Below, piece after piece: positions 18,292 through 26,548 of a stretch of 64,000 nucleotides of DNA. The DNA comes from Bacillota bacterium (GTDB lineage Bacteria; Patescibacteriota; Minisyncoccia; Phycocordibacterales; Phycocordibacteraceae). The notes below the pieces were generated by a model that worked only from the letters and a program-made list of their open reading frames with translations, searched no databases and was not told where the DNA came from. The position numbers were made by a program, and so were the translations under genes. Location of the stretch: the NCBI GenBank assembly GCA_050260455.1, contig JBLNCF010000017.1, forward strand, positions 639-64,638, in the 5' to 3' direction. Numbering within the stretch: the first letter of the stretch is position 1; each line of letters opens with the position of its first letter.

Positions 18292-20223
18292 CTAGTTAGT
18301 CACGTCCTCGTCTTTCCACTTCTCAGAAAGGGTCATTGTCTTGTTTCGGGGTTCGTACTTGGTCGGTATTTTGCCTATATCTACGACCACAGGCACCTGA
18401 GCAAGTAGTCCTGCAAGAATACAGGTACCGGTGGGCAAAATAGGAAGATACTCGAATGAGACTTTGTCTAGATAAGATATCGTCTTTTCGATCGCATAAA
18501 TATCGTTGTTATTTATGAGTCGATGAAGGAAGTAGTTATGCAACTGAGAAATAATGGTGGGAGAAATGTCCGCAGGACGCTGACTGGCAATAGTTAGGAA
18601 CACACCAAATTTGCGGCCTTCCTTGATTATTTCTTCGAAGGTCTCGAGGCGGTAGTCTTTCCATTGCTCGCTCTCTCGGTCAGAAGTGTCTGAGAGAATG
18701 TTGTGTGCCTCGTCAACAATGATGTTGAGATATGAGTTCCCATCTCTCAACTCTTTCTTCTCGTCGTAAAGATTCTTACAGAGCAGAAGGGGCAGGATTT
18801 TTCTGATATGAATATTTACATCTTTTAACGAAACGATGGTTAGATTTCTCTGATTGGTTTCCTCCTCCTGCTCCCCCTTCACAGCCACTACCTTGATCAG
18901 GTCCTTAACTTTCGTATCGAGACGCTTTAAAAGAGGTGAAATATGATCTCGATTAGAGTAGCCTTTGAAGATCTCATCGTAATACTTGATGATTATCTTT
19001 AGACGGATAAAGGCAATCTCATTTTCAGTAAATTCGAGTAGGTTGATTTGAGCTCTCACTGGCTCTGTGAAGTGGGTTGAGATATTCGCAGCACTGTAGC
19101 GATCATTTCCAACTACTCCATTAGCACGAACAAAGTAAGTGCCATTGGTGCTGTTGAAGTCCAGAGTGTTGTTTACAAGGCCCATGATTGTGTTTATTGG
19201 ACCCTCATCGTTTACGCTGGCCCTTAGATCAGAGAAAAGCTCAACAAAAATCCTTGCACCGAGGCTCTTGTCGTTTTTAGCTAGAACGTCCTCAACAAAA
19301 GAGGCAATTTTCTCGCGAAGGTTCGCGTTTGGTGAACCTGTAGTATCTACATTCTCGAAGATTTGCCTTGTGAAGCCACCTTCGAGCGCCCGCACCAAAA
19401 ATGGAGCTTGAGTCTTTTCAGTAGCCTCCAGGAAAACAGTCCAGAAACTGGCTTCGTTGAGAGCCTCTTTTGTTATGGGGTATTTATCTTTCCCAGTCGT
19501 TGCGCGGGTGGAGAGTTTATAGATTCGTTTGTGTTTTGACTCGACAATAATGTCGTCGGCTTCCTCGTCGTCTGCTGTGTATTCACCATTGAAGTCAATA
19601 AGGAAGAACTTAGCGTTTTGAAAGAACTTTGACTGATCTTTATAAAATTTGAAGAGCTCGTGATAGATCTTCGCAAGTGTATAGGATTTACCGCTTCCAG
19701 TATTACCAAAAATGCCTATATGGCTCGCGAAAAGACTATTGACTCCAACGCTGATGTCCTGACCCTTTTCCAGAGCCAGACGGCCAATTGCAATTGGATC
19801 ATCGTCTCCGCGAATGAAATTGTGCACCTCGTTAAACTCTCTATTAGGAAGGAGGTAGCATTCATTCCCTACAAGGGGGAGTTCCTTTATTCCTCTTTCG
19901 AATTGGTCTCCCTTAAAGAAACCGAGAAGGCTTACGGCAAGTATCCTATTGATACGTTCCTTCTCATTCACGTAATCCTTCTTTGAAAAGGTGGGATCTT
20001 CGCTAGTGAATTCACCTTCAACCTTGCCGATAATCTTCGTAAAGCCTTTGACGATTTTTATATAACCTCCAACAGAGATATTTTTGAGCAACTCACCCTT
20101 ATAAAGGAGGTGCGATGTGTTCTTGGTCTTATCGACTTTTATCTTAATGGTTCTGCCATCCACCGATACAACCTTACCTATCTTAAATATGGAGTCCTCG
20201 AGGATTTGGCTGTCGTTGCTCAT
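18292..20223 (-). CDS. herA: HerA-like ATPase (DUF87/HerA helicase family) of a SIR2-HerA defence system
   Basis: N-terminal HAS-barrel-like beta region, Walker A 'GIFGNTGSGKSYTLAKI', Walker B 'IIVDEAHNIL'; 643 aa. Start overlaps the upstream SIR2 gene stop by 4 nt. Confidence 0.8.
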   Translation of the reverse strand: MSNDSQILEDSIFKIGKVVSVDGRTIKIKVDKTKNTSHLLYKGELLKNISVGGYIKIVKGFTKIIGKVEGEFTSEDPTFSKKDYVNEKERINRILAVSLLGFFKGDQFERGIKELPLVGNECYLLPNREFNEVHNFIRGDDDPIAIGRLALEKGQDISVGVNSLFASHIGIFGNTGSGKSYTLAKIYHELFKFYKDQSKFFQNAKFFLIDFNGEYTADDEEADDIIVESKHKRIYKLSTRATTGKDKYPITKEALNEASFWTVFLEATEKTQAPFLVRALEGGFTRQIFENVDTTGSPNANLREKIASFVEDVLAKNDKSLGARIFVELFSDLRASVNDEGPINTIMGLVNNTLDFNSTNGTYFVRANGVVGNDRYSAANISTHFTEPVRAQINLLEFTENEIAFIRLKIIIKYYDEIFKGYSNRDHISPLLKRLDTKVKDLIKVVAVKGEQEEETNQRNLTIVSLKDVNIHIRKILPLLLCKNLYDEKKELRDGNSYLNIIVDEAHNILSDTSDRESEQWKDYRLETFEEIIKEGRKFGVFLTIASQRPADISPTIISQLHNYFLHRLINNNDIYAIEKTISYLDKVSFEYLPILPTGTCILAGLLAQVPVVVDIGKIPTKYEPRNKTMTLSEKWKDEDVTN

Positions 20224-21392
20224 ACGTGAGGCTTATTCCTCTCTTCGATCATCTTCAAAAGGCAGTCGAATATCTCAGTGTTTATATTCGCGAAATCGAA
20301 TTCATATTTATCACCCCCGCCGTCTTCTTCTGGTTTCTGCTCCGGTACAATAACTTTCACGTTGTCGTTCTTAATATGCGCGATATCAAGTTTCGCCTCA
20401 AAGTCAGCTTTTGATTTCGAGGAATGAGCAATTATGAGGACAGTAAGGGTTGGGTTCGAGTTTGCCGCTCGAAGCGTAATTTCGCGAATATGCTCATCAG
20501 CGAAAGAAAAGCCTAGAACAAAGAGAACGGTGTTTTCCTTTTCGAGCTCATTAGCGTACATGCGCAATAGCTCATAATGGATTTGGTTCAGGAGTGTAAG
20601 CTTAAATTTCTCCTTAGTCGGGTTAATGATAGGGAGTTCCTGGTACGAGCCAAGAAATTCCTCCGTTGTCGGAGAGAGGCGTTTTCTCGCAGTTGCAGTA
20701 GTAAGGTCCTGAAGAGATTGTCCAGGCGCGGCCGCCACGATCTCCGTGTAGCCATTAGCTTTCAGTTTGCTGACAATCCTAAGATCGGGACTGAACTTAA
20801 TCTTCTTCTCTCCATTTACCTCGCATACCTCCCAAGTAAGGGAGCCGTGCAACTTAAGAAGATTAAAGACCGGAATTTCTGAGGTGTTGTCGAAATGCAG
20901 GCTCTTTTGGAAAGTAGACTTTCTAAAATTACTCAAGTTGAAGATAGGCATAAATCGCCCATTGAAGCCATCGCTATATTCCAGGCCGAGTTCCTCGAGA
21001 GCTTTTTCGAAATAAATATCGATATTCGTCGTGAAGATGTTTACTTGCTTGTTTATTATTGAATTCTTTCGACTGAGGAGAATTGTGTTAATGACTTTAA
21101 GAAACTGCTTGTAGTTTTTAAGAACTTCCTCGGATGCAGGGTCGTCCTTCAGGATCTCTACGTTTTTGAAGACGATTTCCTCGCAATAGCGTTTATAGAG
21201 AGCGGCACGAATCAGCTTCTTCTTTGAATCTGCTAGATCGGAGCTATCGACTTGGCTAAGCAGATCCTCGATGTTGCCAAGAACTCTAAGGAACGGCATA
21301 GAAAGGCCCGACCCTATGAGGAAGTTAATGTTGCTGTCCTGGACAGTATCTTTAAGCGCCCCTATGTTCATAGGACCCTTGCCTGGTGCCAT
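20220..21392 (-). CDS. SIR2-like (SIR2_2 family) NAD-binding/NADase domain protein, partner of HerA
   Basis: SIR2_2 motifs 'NFLIGSGLS...PFL' (GAGxS Rossmann motif), 'FTTNIDIYFEKALEE' (TTNYD-like) and 'LLKLHGSLTW' (HGS); 390 aa. Confidence 0.75.
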   Translation of the reverse strand: MAPGKGPMNIGALKDTVQDSNINFLIGSGLSMPFLRVLGNIEDLLSQVDSSDLADSKKKLIRAALYKRYCEEIVFKNVEILKDDPASEEVLKNYKQFLKVINTILLSRKNSIINKQVNIFTTNIDIYFEKALEELGLEYSDGFNGRFMPIFNLSNFRKSTFQKSLHFDNTSEIPVFNLLKLHGSLTWEVCEVNGEKKIKFSPDLRIVSKLKANGYTEIVAAAPGQSLQDLTTATARKRLSPTTEEFLGSYQELPIINPTKEKFKLTLLNQIHYELLRMYANELEKENTVLFVLGFSFADEHIREITLRAANSNPTLTVLIIAHSSKSKADFEAKLDIAHIKNDNVKVIVPEQKPEEDGGGDKYEFDFANINTEIFDCLLKMIEERNKPHV

Positions 21393-21990
21393 ATCTTGGA
21401 TTATAGACCTTATCTCCTTAAGTCAATAGTTTAGCAAGCCCCACAAAGTAAAATAGTAGTTTTGCAAGGCCTAAAAGAGATAAGAGAAAATTTAGGAGCC
21501 TATAAAGTGCTCTCACATTGAACTAGGGGATATTGAACGGATTTGCAGATACTAGAAACGCCTAAATTCCAGCCCAAGAATAGGGCGATGAAAAATACCG
21601 TCCCAATTATTATCCACGCACCCAAACGCTCTCCAGAGCTCATCTTTGACTCGCTCATAGCAGATCTTGACTAGCCTGATAAAAAACCTCGTGTGGACAC
21701 AGAGAACCCGCCACGGGTCCCTGACCGAAGCCAGGCGTACAGGTTTCCCCATACGGCGATCAAGCACCCCCATGACGGGTTCTCTGTGCTTGATCGACTT
21801 TTCATGCCATGCCGTTGCCGGTTTAGGCATCGCCCTTGCTTGGGCCGGTATTCAGTTGTCTCCTAATGCTACTTCCTAACGACACCTCTCGCAATTGGGC
21901 TGGTATAATGATCTGAACAACCAAAGTGTAGGTAGGGGAGGCCCAAACCTTAGATCAAGTCTGAGCTTGAGATAAGACGGGCGAATCCCA

Positions 21991-22185
21991 ATGCTTACCC
22001 TCTCTCAGTTAAGAAAAATAGATCCGGCTCTAACTCATATATCGGATGAGGATCTTGAAGCTATTAGATCTGAGCTATACCAGATCGCTCGGCTAGCCTT
22101 TGATTTCAAATACAGAGAAGTTGATTCCAAAAATCTAATTGGGTTATTGGCACCGGAACCCGTTATGCCTAAGATTGAATCATGA
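21991..22185 (+). CDS. Small (64-aa) ORF translationally coupled to the serine recombinase; possible recombination-directionality/regulatory factor
   Basis: Stop overlaps the recombinase ATG (ATGA); preceded by a 'tataat' -10-like element at ~21913. Confidence 0.3.
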   Translation: MLTLSQLRKIDPALTHISDEDLEAIRSELYQIARLAFDFKYREVDSKNLIGLLAPEPVMPKIES

Positions 22186-23708
22186 AGCATATTGGCGAAC
22201 TAACAGGCGTCGTATACTGTCGAGTTTCATCGCAAGAGCAAGTAGCAGGCACAAGCCTTGCTATGCAGGAAAGGTCTTGTCGCGAATATGCTAGGAGAGA
22301 AGGTATTGAGGTGGTTGGCTGCTTCGTTGAAGAAGGTGAATCGGCAAAAACAGCAAACCGAACGGAGTTTCAAAAGGCGCTAGCGTTTTGCGCGGATAAA
22401 AAGAAACCTGTTGATTTTTTCATCGTACATAAACTTGATCGTTTCTCCAGAAACCAGGATGATCATGTTACAACTCAGGCCTTTCTAAGAAAATACGGGA
22501 CGAAGCTTAGATCAGTAACTGAGCAAATCGACGAGACTCCAATCGGCAAAATGATGGAGGGAGTTCTCGCCACATTTGCAGAATTTGATAATAACGTTCG
22601 CGCTGCTCGAAGTAAGAGTGGAATGCAAGAAAAAGCACGTAAAGGAATATGGGTCTGGATTGCCCCTCTCGGCTATAAAAGACTCGTAAAAGGCGGAAAT
22701 TTGGTCATAGACGAGGAAGCTGCTCCTTTTGTGCGCCTAGCTTTTGAGGAGTACTCAAAGGGTATTCATAGCTTTGAGTCGCTAGCGGATCACTTGTTTG
22801 AGAGAGGATTTCGCACCTCCAGTGGTAAGAAAATTTATAAACAACTTCTTGAGAAGATACTACGCAATCCGATTTATTACGGGAAGATCAAAGCCTTTGG
22901 TGAAGAAATTGATGGTGCGTTCCCATCGATTATCGATGAAAGACTTTTTTGGAAATGTCAGCCAGGAACAAAGAGCAAGTTTCGGCCAGGTAAGAGACTT
23001 AAAGAAAACTCAGATTTTCCTCTCAGGAGAATTGTTAAGTGTACAGAATGCGGCTCCTCGATTACAGGTAGCGCATCAACTGGACGCAAAGGAGTCAAAT
23101 ACCCTTATTACCATCATCACAAGCAAGGATGTTCTTTAGCCTCATTCGTCCCAAAAGAATCTTTTGAACAGAATTTCATTTCTTATTTGCAGGAACTCTC
23201 TCCAAACCCAGCTTATGAGAAGCTTTTTAGAGCAATTGTGATCGATACCTGGCAATCAAATTATCAAGAACTAGATAAGGAAAACGAGAAGGTCAGAAGA
23301 GAAATATCTGATTTGGAAGATGAGCGCCAAAGAGTATTTGATGCTCAGCGTTCTGGCGTTTACACAAATGAAGAGTTTTTGCAGCAAAAAGATCGTATCA
23401 ATAAAATAATCAACCAGAAGAAGTTTCTACTAGAGGAAAAACAAATTGAAGAATTCAATATGGAAGAAGCTTTAGACTACTGTTTCCGGTTTGTGGGTGA
23501 TAGCTCAAGAACCTGGATCGAGCTCGGAGAAGATCCGTCATTCCGTCTTAGATTCCAAAATCAGTTATTCCCAGAAAAACTTACGTACGATGGGCAAAAA
23601 TTTGGAACCACTAAAACATCCCTTATATACGAGCTAAGCCAGCCCTGTAATGACGATTCAACTAAATTGGTGACCCCACGGGGAATCGAACCCCGATTTA
23701 CGCCGTGA
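22182..23708 (+). CDS. Large serine recombinase (resolvase catalytic domain + recombinase domain + zinc-ribbon + coiled-coil)
   Basis: N-terminal 'VVYCRVSSQEQ' catalytic-serine motif and 'FIVHKLDRFSRN'; central recombinase domain; 'CTECGSSITGS' Cys-rich zinc ribbon; C-terminal coiled-coil. The last 41 nt overlap the antisense tRNA-Glu. Confidence 0.9.
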   Translation: MKHIGELTGVVYCRVSSQEQVAGTSLAMQERSCREYARREGIEVVGCFVEEGESAKTANRTEFQKALAFCADKKKPVDFFIVHKLDRFSRNQDDHVTTQAFLRKYGTKLRSVTEQIDETPIGKMMEGVLATFAEFDNNVRAARSKSGMQEKARKGIWVWIAPLGYKRLVKGGNLVIDEEAAPFVRLAFEEYSKGIHSFESLADHLFERGFRTSSGKKIYKQLLEKILRNPIYYGKIKAFGEEIDGAFPSIIDERLFWKCQPGTKSKFRPGKRLKENSDFPLRRIVKCTECGSSITGSASTGRKGVKYPYYHHHKQGCSLASFVPKESFEQNFISYLQELSPNPAYEKLFRAIVIDTWQSNYQELDKENEKVRREISDLEDERQRVFDAQRSGVYTNEEFLQQKDRINKIINQKKFLLEEKQIEEFNMEEALDYCFRFVGDSSRTWIELGEDPSFRLRFQNQLFPEKLTYDGQKFGTTKTSLIYELSQPCNDDSTKLVTPRGIEPRFTP

Positions 23709-23742
23709 AAGGGCGCTGTCCTAGCCGTTAGACGATGGGGCC
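23668..23742 (-). tRNA. tRNA-Glu (anticodon TTC)
   Basis: Reverse complement: ggcccca...T-arm cgggg-ttcgatt-ccccg, anticodon loop ctTTCac, 3' CCA encoded; G-U in the anticodon stem. Confidence 0.75.
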
Positions 23743-23807
23743 TTCATATGAAGGCGCACGGCTACATCCTACATTTTTACCGCATAAAATGCTAGGATAG
23801 CGGCACT

Positions 23808-23897
<90 letters not shown>

Positions 23898-23902
23898 TAA
23901 GC

Positions 23903-23936
23903 AAAAGGACGCATCAATGCGTCCTTTTGCTTTGTA
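23903..23936. terminator. Bidirectional rho-independent terminator
   Basis: Hairpin 'aaaaggacgcat-caa-atgcgtcctttt' flanked by A/T runs, between tRNA-Ser (+) and the convergent minus-strand gene. Confidence 0.55.
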
Positions 23937-23950
23937 CGTTCCTGGCTCGC

Positions 23951-24418
23951 TTAGGTAGTGCGCTTACGCTGTAGGTAGGTGATGCCTGCGAGCGCGGCGA
24001 GTCCCGAGAGAAGGAGGACAGCCAGTGTTTCTGCTGCGTTACCTCCAGCTCCGGTATTCGGTACGCCTACCGTCGAGGCTCCGAGCACCGAACCGGGATA
24101 GGTGGTGGTCGTAGGATTGTTGCTGGTGGATGCTCCGAGGACGGAACCGCCACCACCGCCTCCTCCACCTCCACCGCCCCCACCACCTCCACCAGAGGAG
24201 CCGCCTGAGACGGTGCCCGTGAGGGAACCGGTACTGCTTCCGCTAACGGTGCCGGTGAGCGTGCCGCTTGAGGAAGTGGAGACCGTTCCGGTCAGGGTGC
24301 TCGTGGAAGTGTTCGTGGCTGCGGAGCCTGCGGTGAGCGTTCCCGTGATCTCGGACGCGAACGCTGGCGTTGCGATAGCGAACGCAAGCAGTCCAGAAAC
24401 GAGAAGTCGAGTGTTCAT
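23951..24418 (-). CDS. Small secreted cell-wall-anchored (LPXTG-type 'VPNTG') repeat protein with poly-Gly tract
   Basis: Signal peptide. Four 'TLTGTVS' Thr/Ser-rich repeats and a 16-Gly run. C-terminal sorting signal 'VPNTG' + hydrophobic stretch + 'QRKRTT'. Confidence 0.6.
   Translation of the reverse strand: MNTRLLVSGLLAFAIATPAFASEITGTLTAGSAATNTSTSTLTGTVSTSSSGTLTGTVSGSSTGSLTGTVSGGSSGGGGGGGGGGGGGGGGSVLGASTSNNPTTTTYPGSVLGASTVGVPNTGAGGNAAETLAVLLLSGLAALAGITYLQRKRTT
24146..24193. repeat. Simple-sequence (GGN)16 tract encoding poly-glycine
   Basis: Uninterrupted run of 16 Gly codons ('ccaccaccgcctcctccacctccaccgccccc...' on the plus strand). Confidence 0.7.
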
Positions 24419-24457
24419 GTGATGGTACTAGCTGCTAATCATCCCGAGTTCTCACGA

Positions 24458-26122
24458 TTACGGGGTGGTCGAGGTTGCCGTCGACGGGATGGACTGTGCG
24501 CCGTACGTGGTGCTGTACGAACCATTCGGCGTGCCGCTTGGAACCTTCACCTGAATATCGACATCAACCTGCCGGCCGGGCGTCGTAGTAGACGTGTCGC
24601 CTGCGAGGTAGAGCCAATCTCCGTAGTCATTGTCCGTTGCGTAGACTGCGCTCGCGGTCGACGTAGCGTTTGTAGACTGCGAGGAGAAGATACGGATGTT
24701 GTTCGCTGCAGGAATGGTGCTTGAGCCTGACACGAAGTCAGAGAACTTCATGCGGAAGGCGTTTTCAAGATCAGGCACGGTGAGGTGCATGATCCATTCC
24801 CATCCATGCAGGAACGTGTCATCTGCCGTTGCATCGGTCTTGATGGCATCAATACCGGTCACCGCAAGCGGTGTTGAGGACGAAGTCGAGCTCGTCGTGA
24901 ATGTCTGGTCAGACGACGTGGTGGTGCCCACACCATTGGCCGCTACGATCTGGAAGTGATAGAGGGTCGCTTCCGTGAGATTCGTGAGCGTCACCGAATG
25001 AGTGGACGACGCGGTCGTGTCGAGCGTCGAGGACGAACCATAGCCAGTCGTCGTGCCGTACATGAGCTGCGTCGAGGAGGCGGTCGTGTTCCACGAGACC
25101 GTCGCCGTACTGGTGCCGATACCCGTTACCGAGATACCGCTAATGACCGGTGCACTCGGGGTCGAGCTGCCCGAGGTGGTCGTGAACGTCGCATCAGCGG
25201 AGGTGGTGGTACCTACCGCGTTTGCGGACGCTACCTGGAAGTGGTAGGTCGTCGACGCATCAAGGCCGGTGAGCGTCACCGAATGGGACGTAGACGCGGT
25301 CGTGTTTAGGGTCGAAGACGAGCCGTATCCTGCGGTAAGGCCATAGAAGACCTGCGACGATGCTGCCACATCCGTGTTCCAGGTCACCGTAGCGGTGGTG
25401 GAACCGATGTTAGTCACCGTCACTCCGCTCACTACCGGAGCAAGAAGTGCCCCAAGTGTAGTGAACGTATCATCGGTGGTCGTTGCGGTATTGTCCGAAG
25501 CATCCGTCGCCGAGATCTGGAAGTGATACAGCGTGGATGCGGTAAGACCAGTGATGGTTACGGAATGAGTCGTCGTTGCGCTTGATTCAAGCGTGGTTGA
25601 CGAACCATACCCGCTCGTGAGGCCGTAGGAGACCTGACCCTGCGTGGCTTCGTCCGTGGTCCAGCTGATGGTCGTGCTGGTAGCACTCGGCATCACCGAG
25701 ACATTCGAGATGACCGGAGCGGTCACATCGGCGGGCGTGAAGCTGAAGACCAGCAAGTTCGAGTTCTCGTTCTGCTTGTGCGGAGGATCGGAAGCTGCAG
25801 CGGAATTCTCCGGAACCGAGACAGAAACCGTCCCTGTTGCGGTCGGATTAAGATTGAAGCTGTAGCTTGCACCGCTTCCGGTGAAATCAGACACGGTTCC
25901 GTTTGATACCGAAAGATCAGAAGACGTGAAGCCCGTCACGGATGCTGAAAACGTTACGGTTACCGGAATCGAAGTTGCTGATGTGGTGGATGCCGTCGAG
26001 GAGGCGAGCAGTACCGACGGACCACCGGAATCCGCGAAGGCGATCGAAGACATGCCAATAGCGCTAAGCGCCACGGCCGCAGCGGTCACCGCGGATATAA
26101 TGCGTGGTTGTTTAAGTCTCAT
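24458..26122 (-). CDS. Secreted surface protein with three tandem FN3-like ~95-aa repeats
   Basis: Signal peptide. Repeats 'APV(I/V)SG(I/V)(S/T)V...T(V/I)(S/T)W(N/T)T...Y(G/T)...GYGSS(S/T)TL...H(S)VTLTGL...YHFQ(I/V)' x3, resembling FN3/PKD modules. Ser/Thr-rich linkers; distinct N- and C-terminal domains. Confidence 0.7.
   Translation of the reverse strand: MRLKQPRIISAVTAAAVALSAIGMSSIAFADSGGPSVLLASSTASTTSATSIPVTVTFSASVTGFTSSDLSVSNGTVSDFTGSGASYSFNLNPTATGTVSVSVPENSAAASDPPHKQNENSNLLVFSFTPADVTAPVISNVSVMPSATSTTISWTTDEATQGQVSYGLTSGYGSSTTLESSATTTHSVTITGLTASTLYHFQISATDASDNTATTTDDTFTTLGALLAPVVSGVTVTNIGSTTATVTWNTDVAASSQVFYGLTAGYGSSSTLNTTASTSHSVTLTGLDASTTYHFQVASANAVGTTTSADATFTTTSGSSTPSAPVISGISVTGIGTSTATVSWNTTASSTQLMYGTTTGYGSSSTLDTTASSTHSVTLTNLTEATLYHFQIVAANGVGTTTSSDQTFTTSSTSSSTPLAVTGIDAIKTDATADDTFLHGWEWIMHLTVPDLENAFRMKFSDFVSGSSTIPAANNIRIFSSQSTNATSTASAVYATDNDYGDWLYLAGDTSTTTPGRQVDVDIQVKVPSGTPNGSYSTTYGAQSIPSTATSTTP
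24850..25720. repeat. Three tandem ~290-bp imperfect DNA repeats (encode the FN3-like modules)
   Basis: Protein-level triplication mapped back to DNA; repeats share ~60-70% identity. Confidence 0.6.
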
Positions 26123-26229
26123 AATGCGTGCTTACTTAACTGCTAATAAACACTCGGTCATTTACGCAAACGGGGCCTAAAATACGGGTGAATCATTAGT
26201 CATTCATGAATGACTAGAAGCGAGGTAAA

Positions 26230-26547
26230 ATGGGAATTATGACGACATCGTTCAGGGACCGTGTATATGCGCTCGCGGCGCGCATTCCAAAGGGCAAGGT
26301 GGCCACCTATGGTCAGGTGGCAGCGCTCGCAGGAAATCCGAAAGCTGCCCGCGCGGTAGGTATGGCCATGAGGAATAATCCGAGTCGAAAGGAAGTACCG
26401 TGCCACCGTGTCGTTGCGTCTGACGGTTCACTCACCGGCTATGCGTTCGGAAAGGGGATTGCTACTAAGAAAACGATTCTCGCCAAAGAAGGAGTGGTGT
26501 TTGTAGGAGAGCGAGTAGATCTCTCCGTTTCGGGTTGGAAGGTTTGA
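26230..26547 (+). CDS. ogt: Methylated-DNA-protein-cysteine methyltransferase (Ogt/MGMT DNA-binding/active-site domain only)
   Basis: 'VPCHRVV' active-site Cys motif, 'YGQVA' HTH region; 105 aa. Confidence 0.8.
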   Translation: MGIMTTSFRDRVYALAARIPKGKVATYGQVAALAGNPKAARAVGMAMRNNPSRKEVPCHRVVASDGSLTGYAFGKGIATKKTILAKEGVVFVGERVDLSVSGWKV

Positions 26548-26548
26548 T

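Larger units (their letters stand above)
17635..23742. mobile_element. AT-rich genomic island: SIR2-HerA defence module plus accessory gene plus large serine recombinase, abutting tRNA-Glu/tRNA-Ser (boundaries approximate)
   Basis: Sharp drop in GC and codon-usage shift for genes 17635-21392 relative to the flanking ~58% GC core genes. Recombinase gene at the right edge overlaps a tRNA. A 450-bp non-coding stretch lies at the left edge. Confidence 0.55.

Noticed and set aside
21552-21830. 92-aa minus-strand ORF inside the island intergenic region
   Set aside because: Overlaps the GC-rich palindromic segment, has no RBS and odd composition; more likely non-coding structure.
24102-24422. Poly-proline ORF (PPPPPP...)
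   Set aside because: Reverse-complement reading of the poly-Gly codon tract of the LPXTG protein; artefact.
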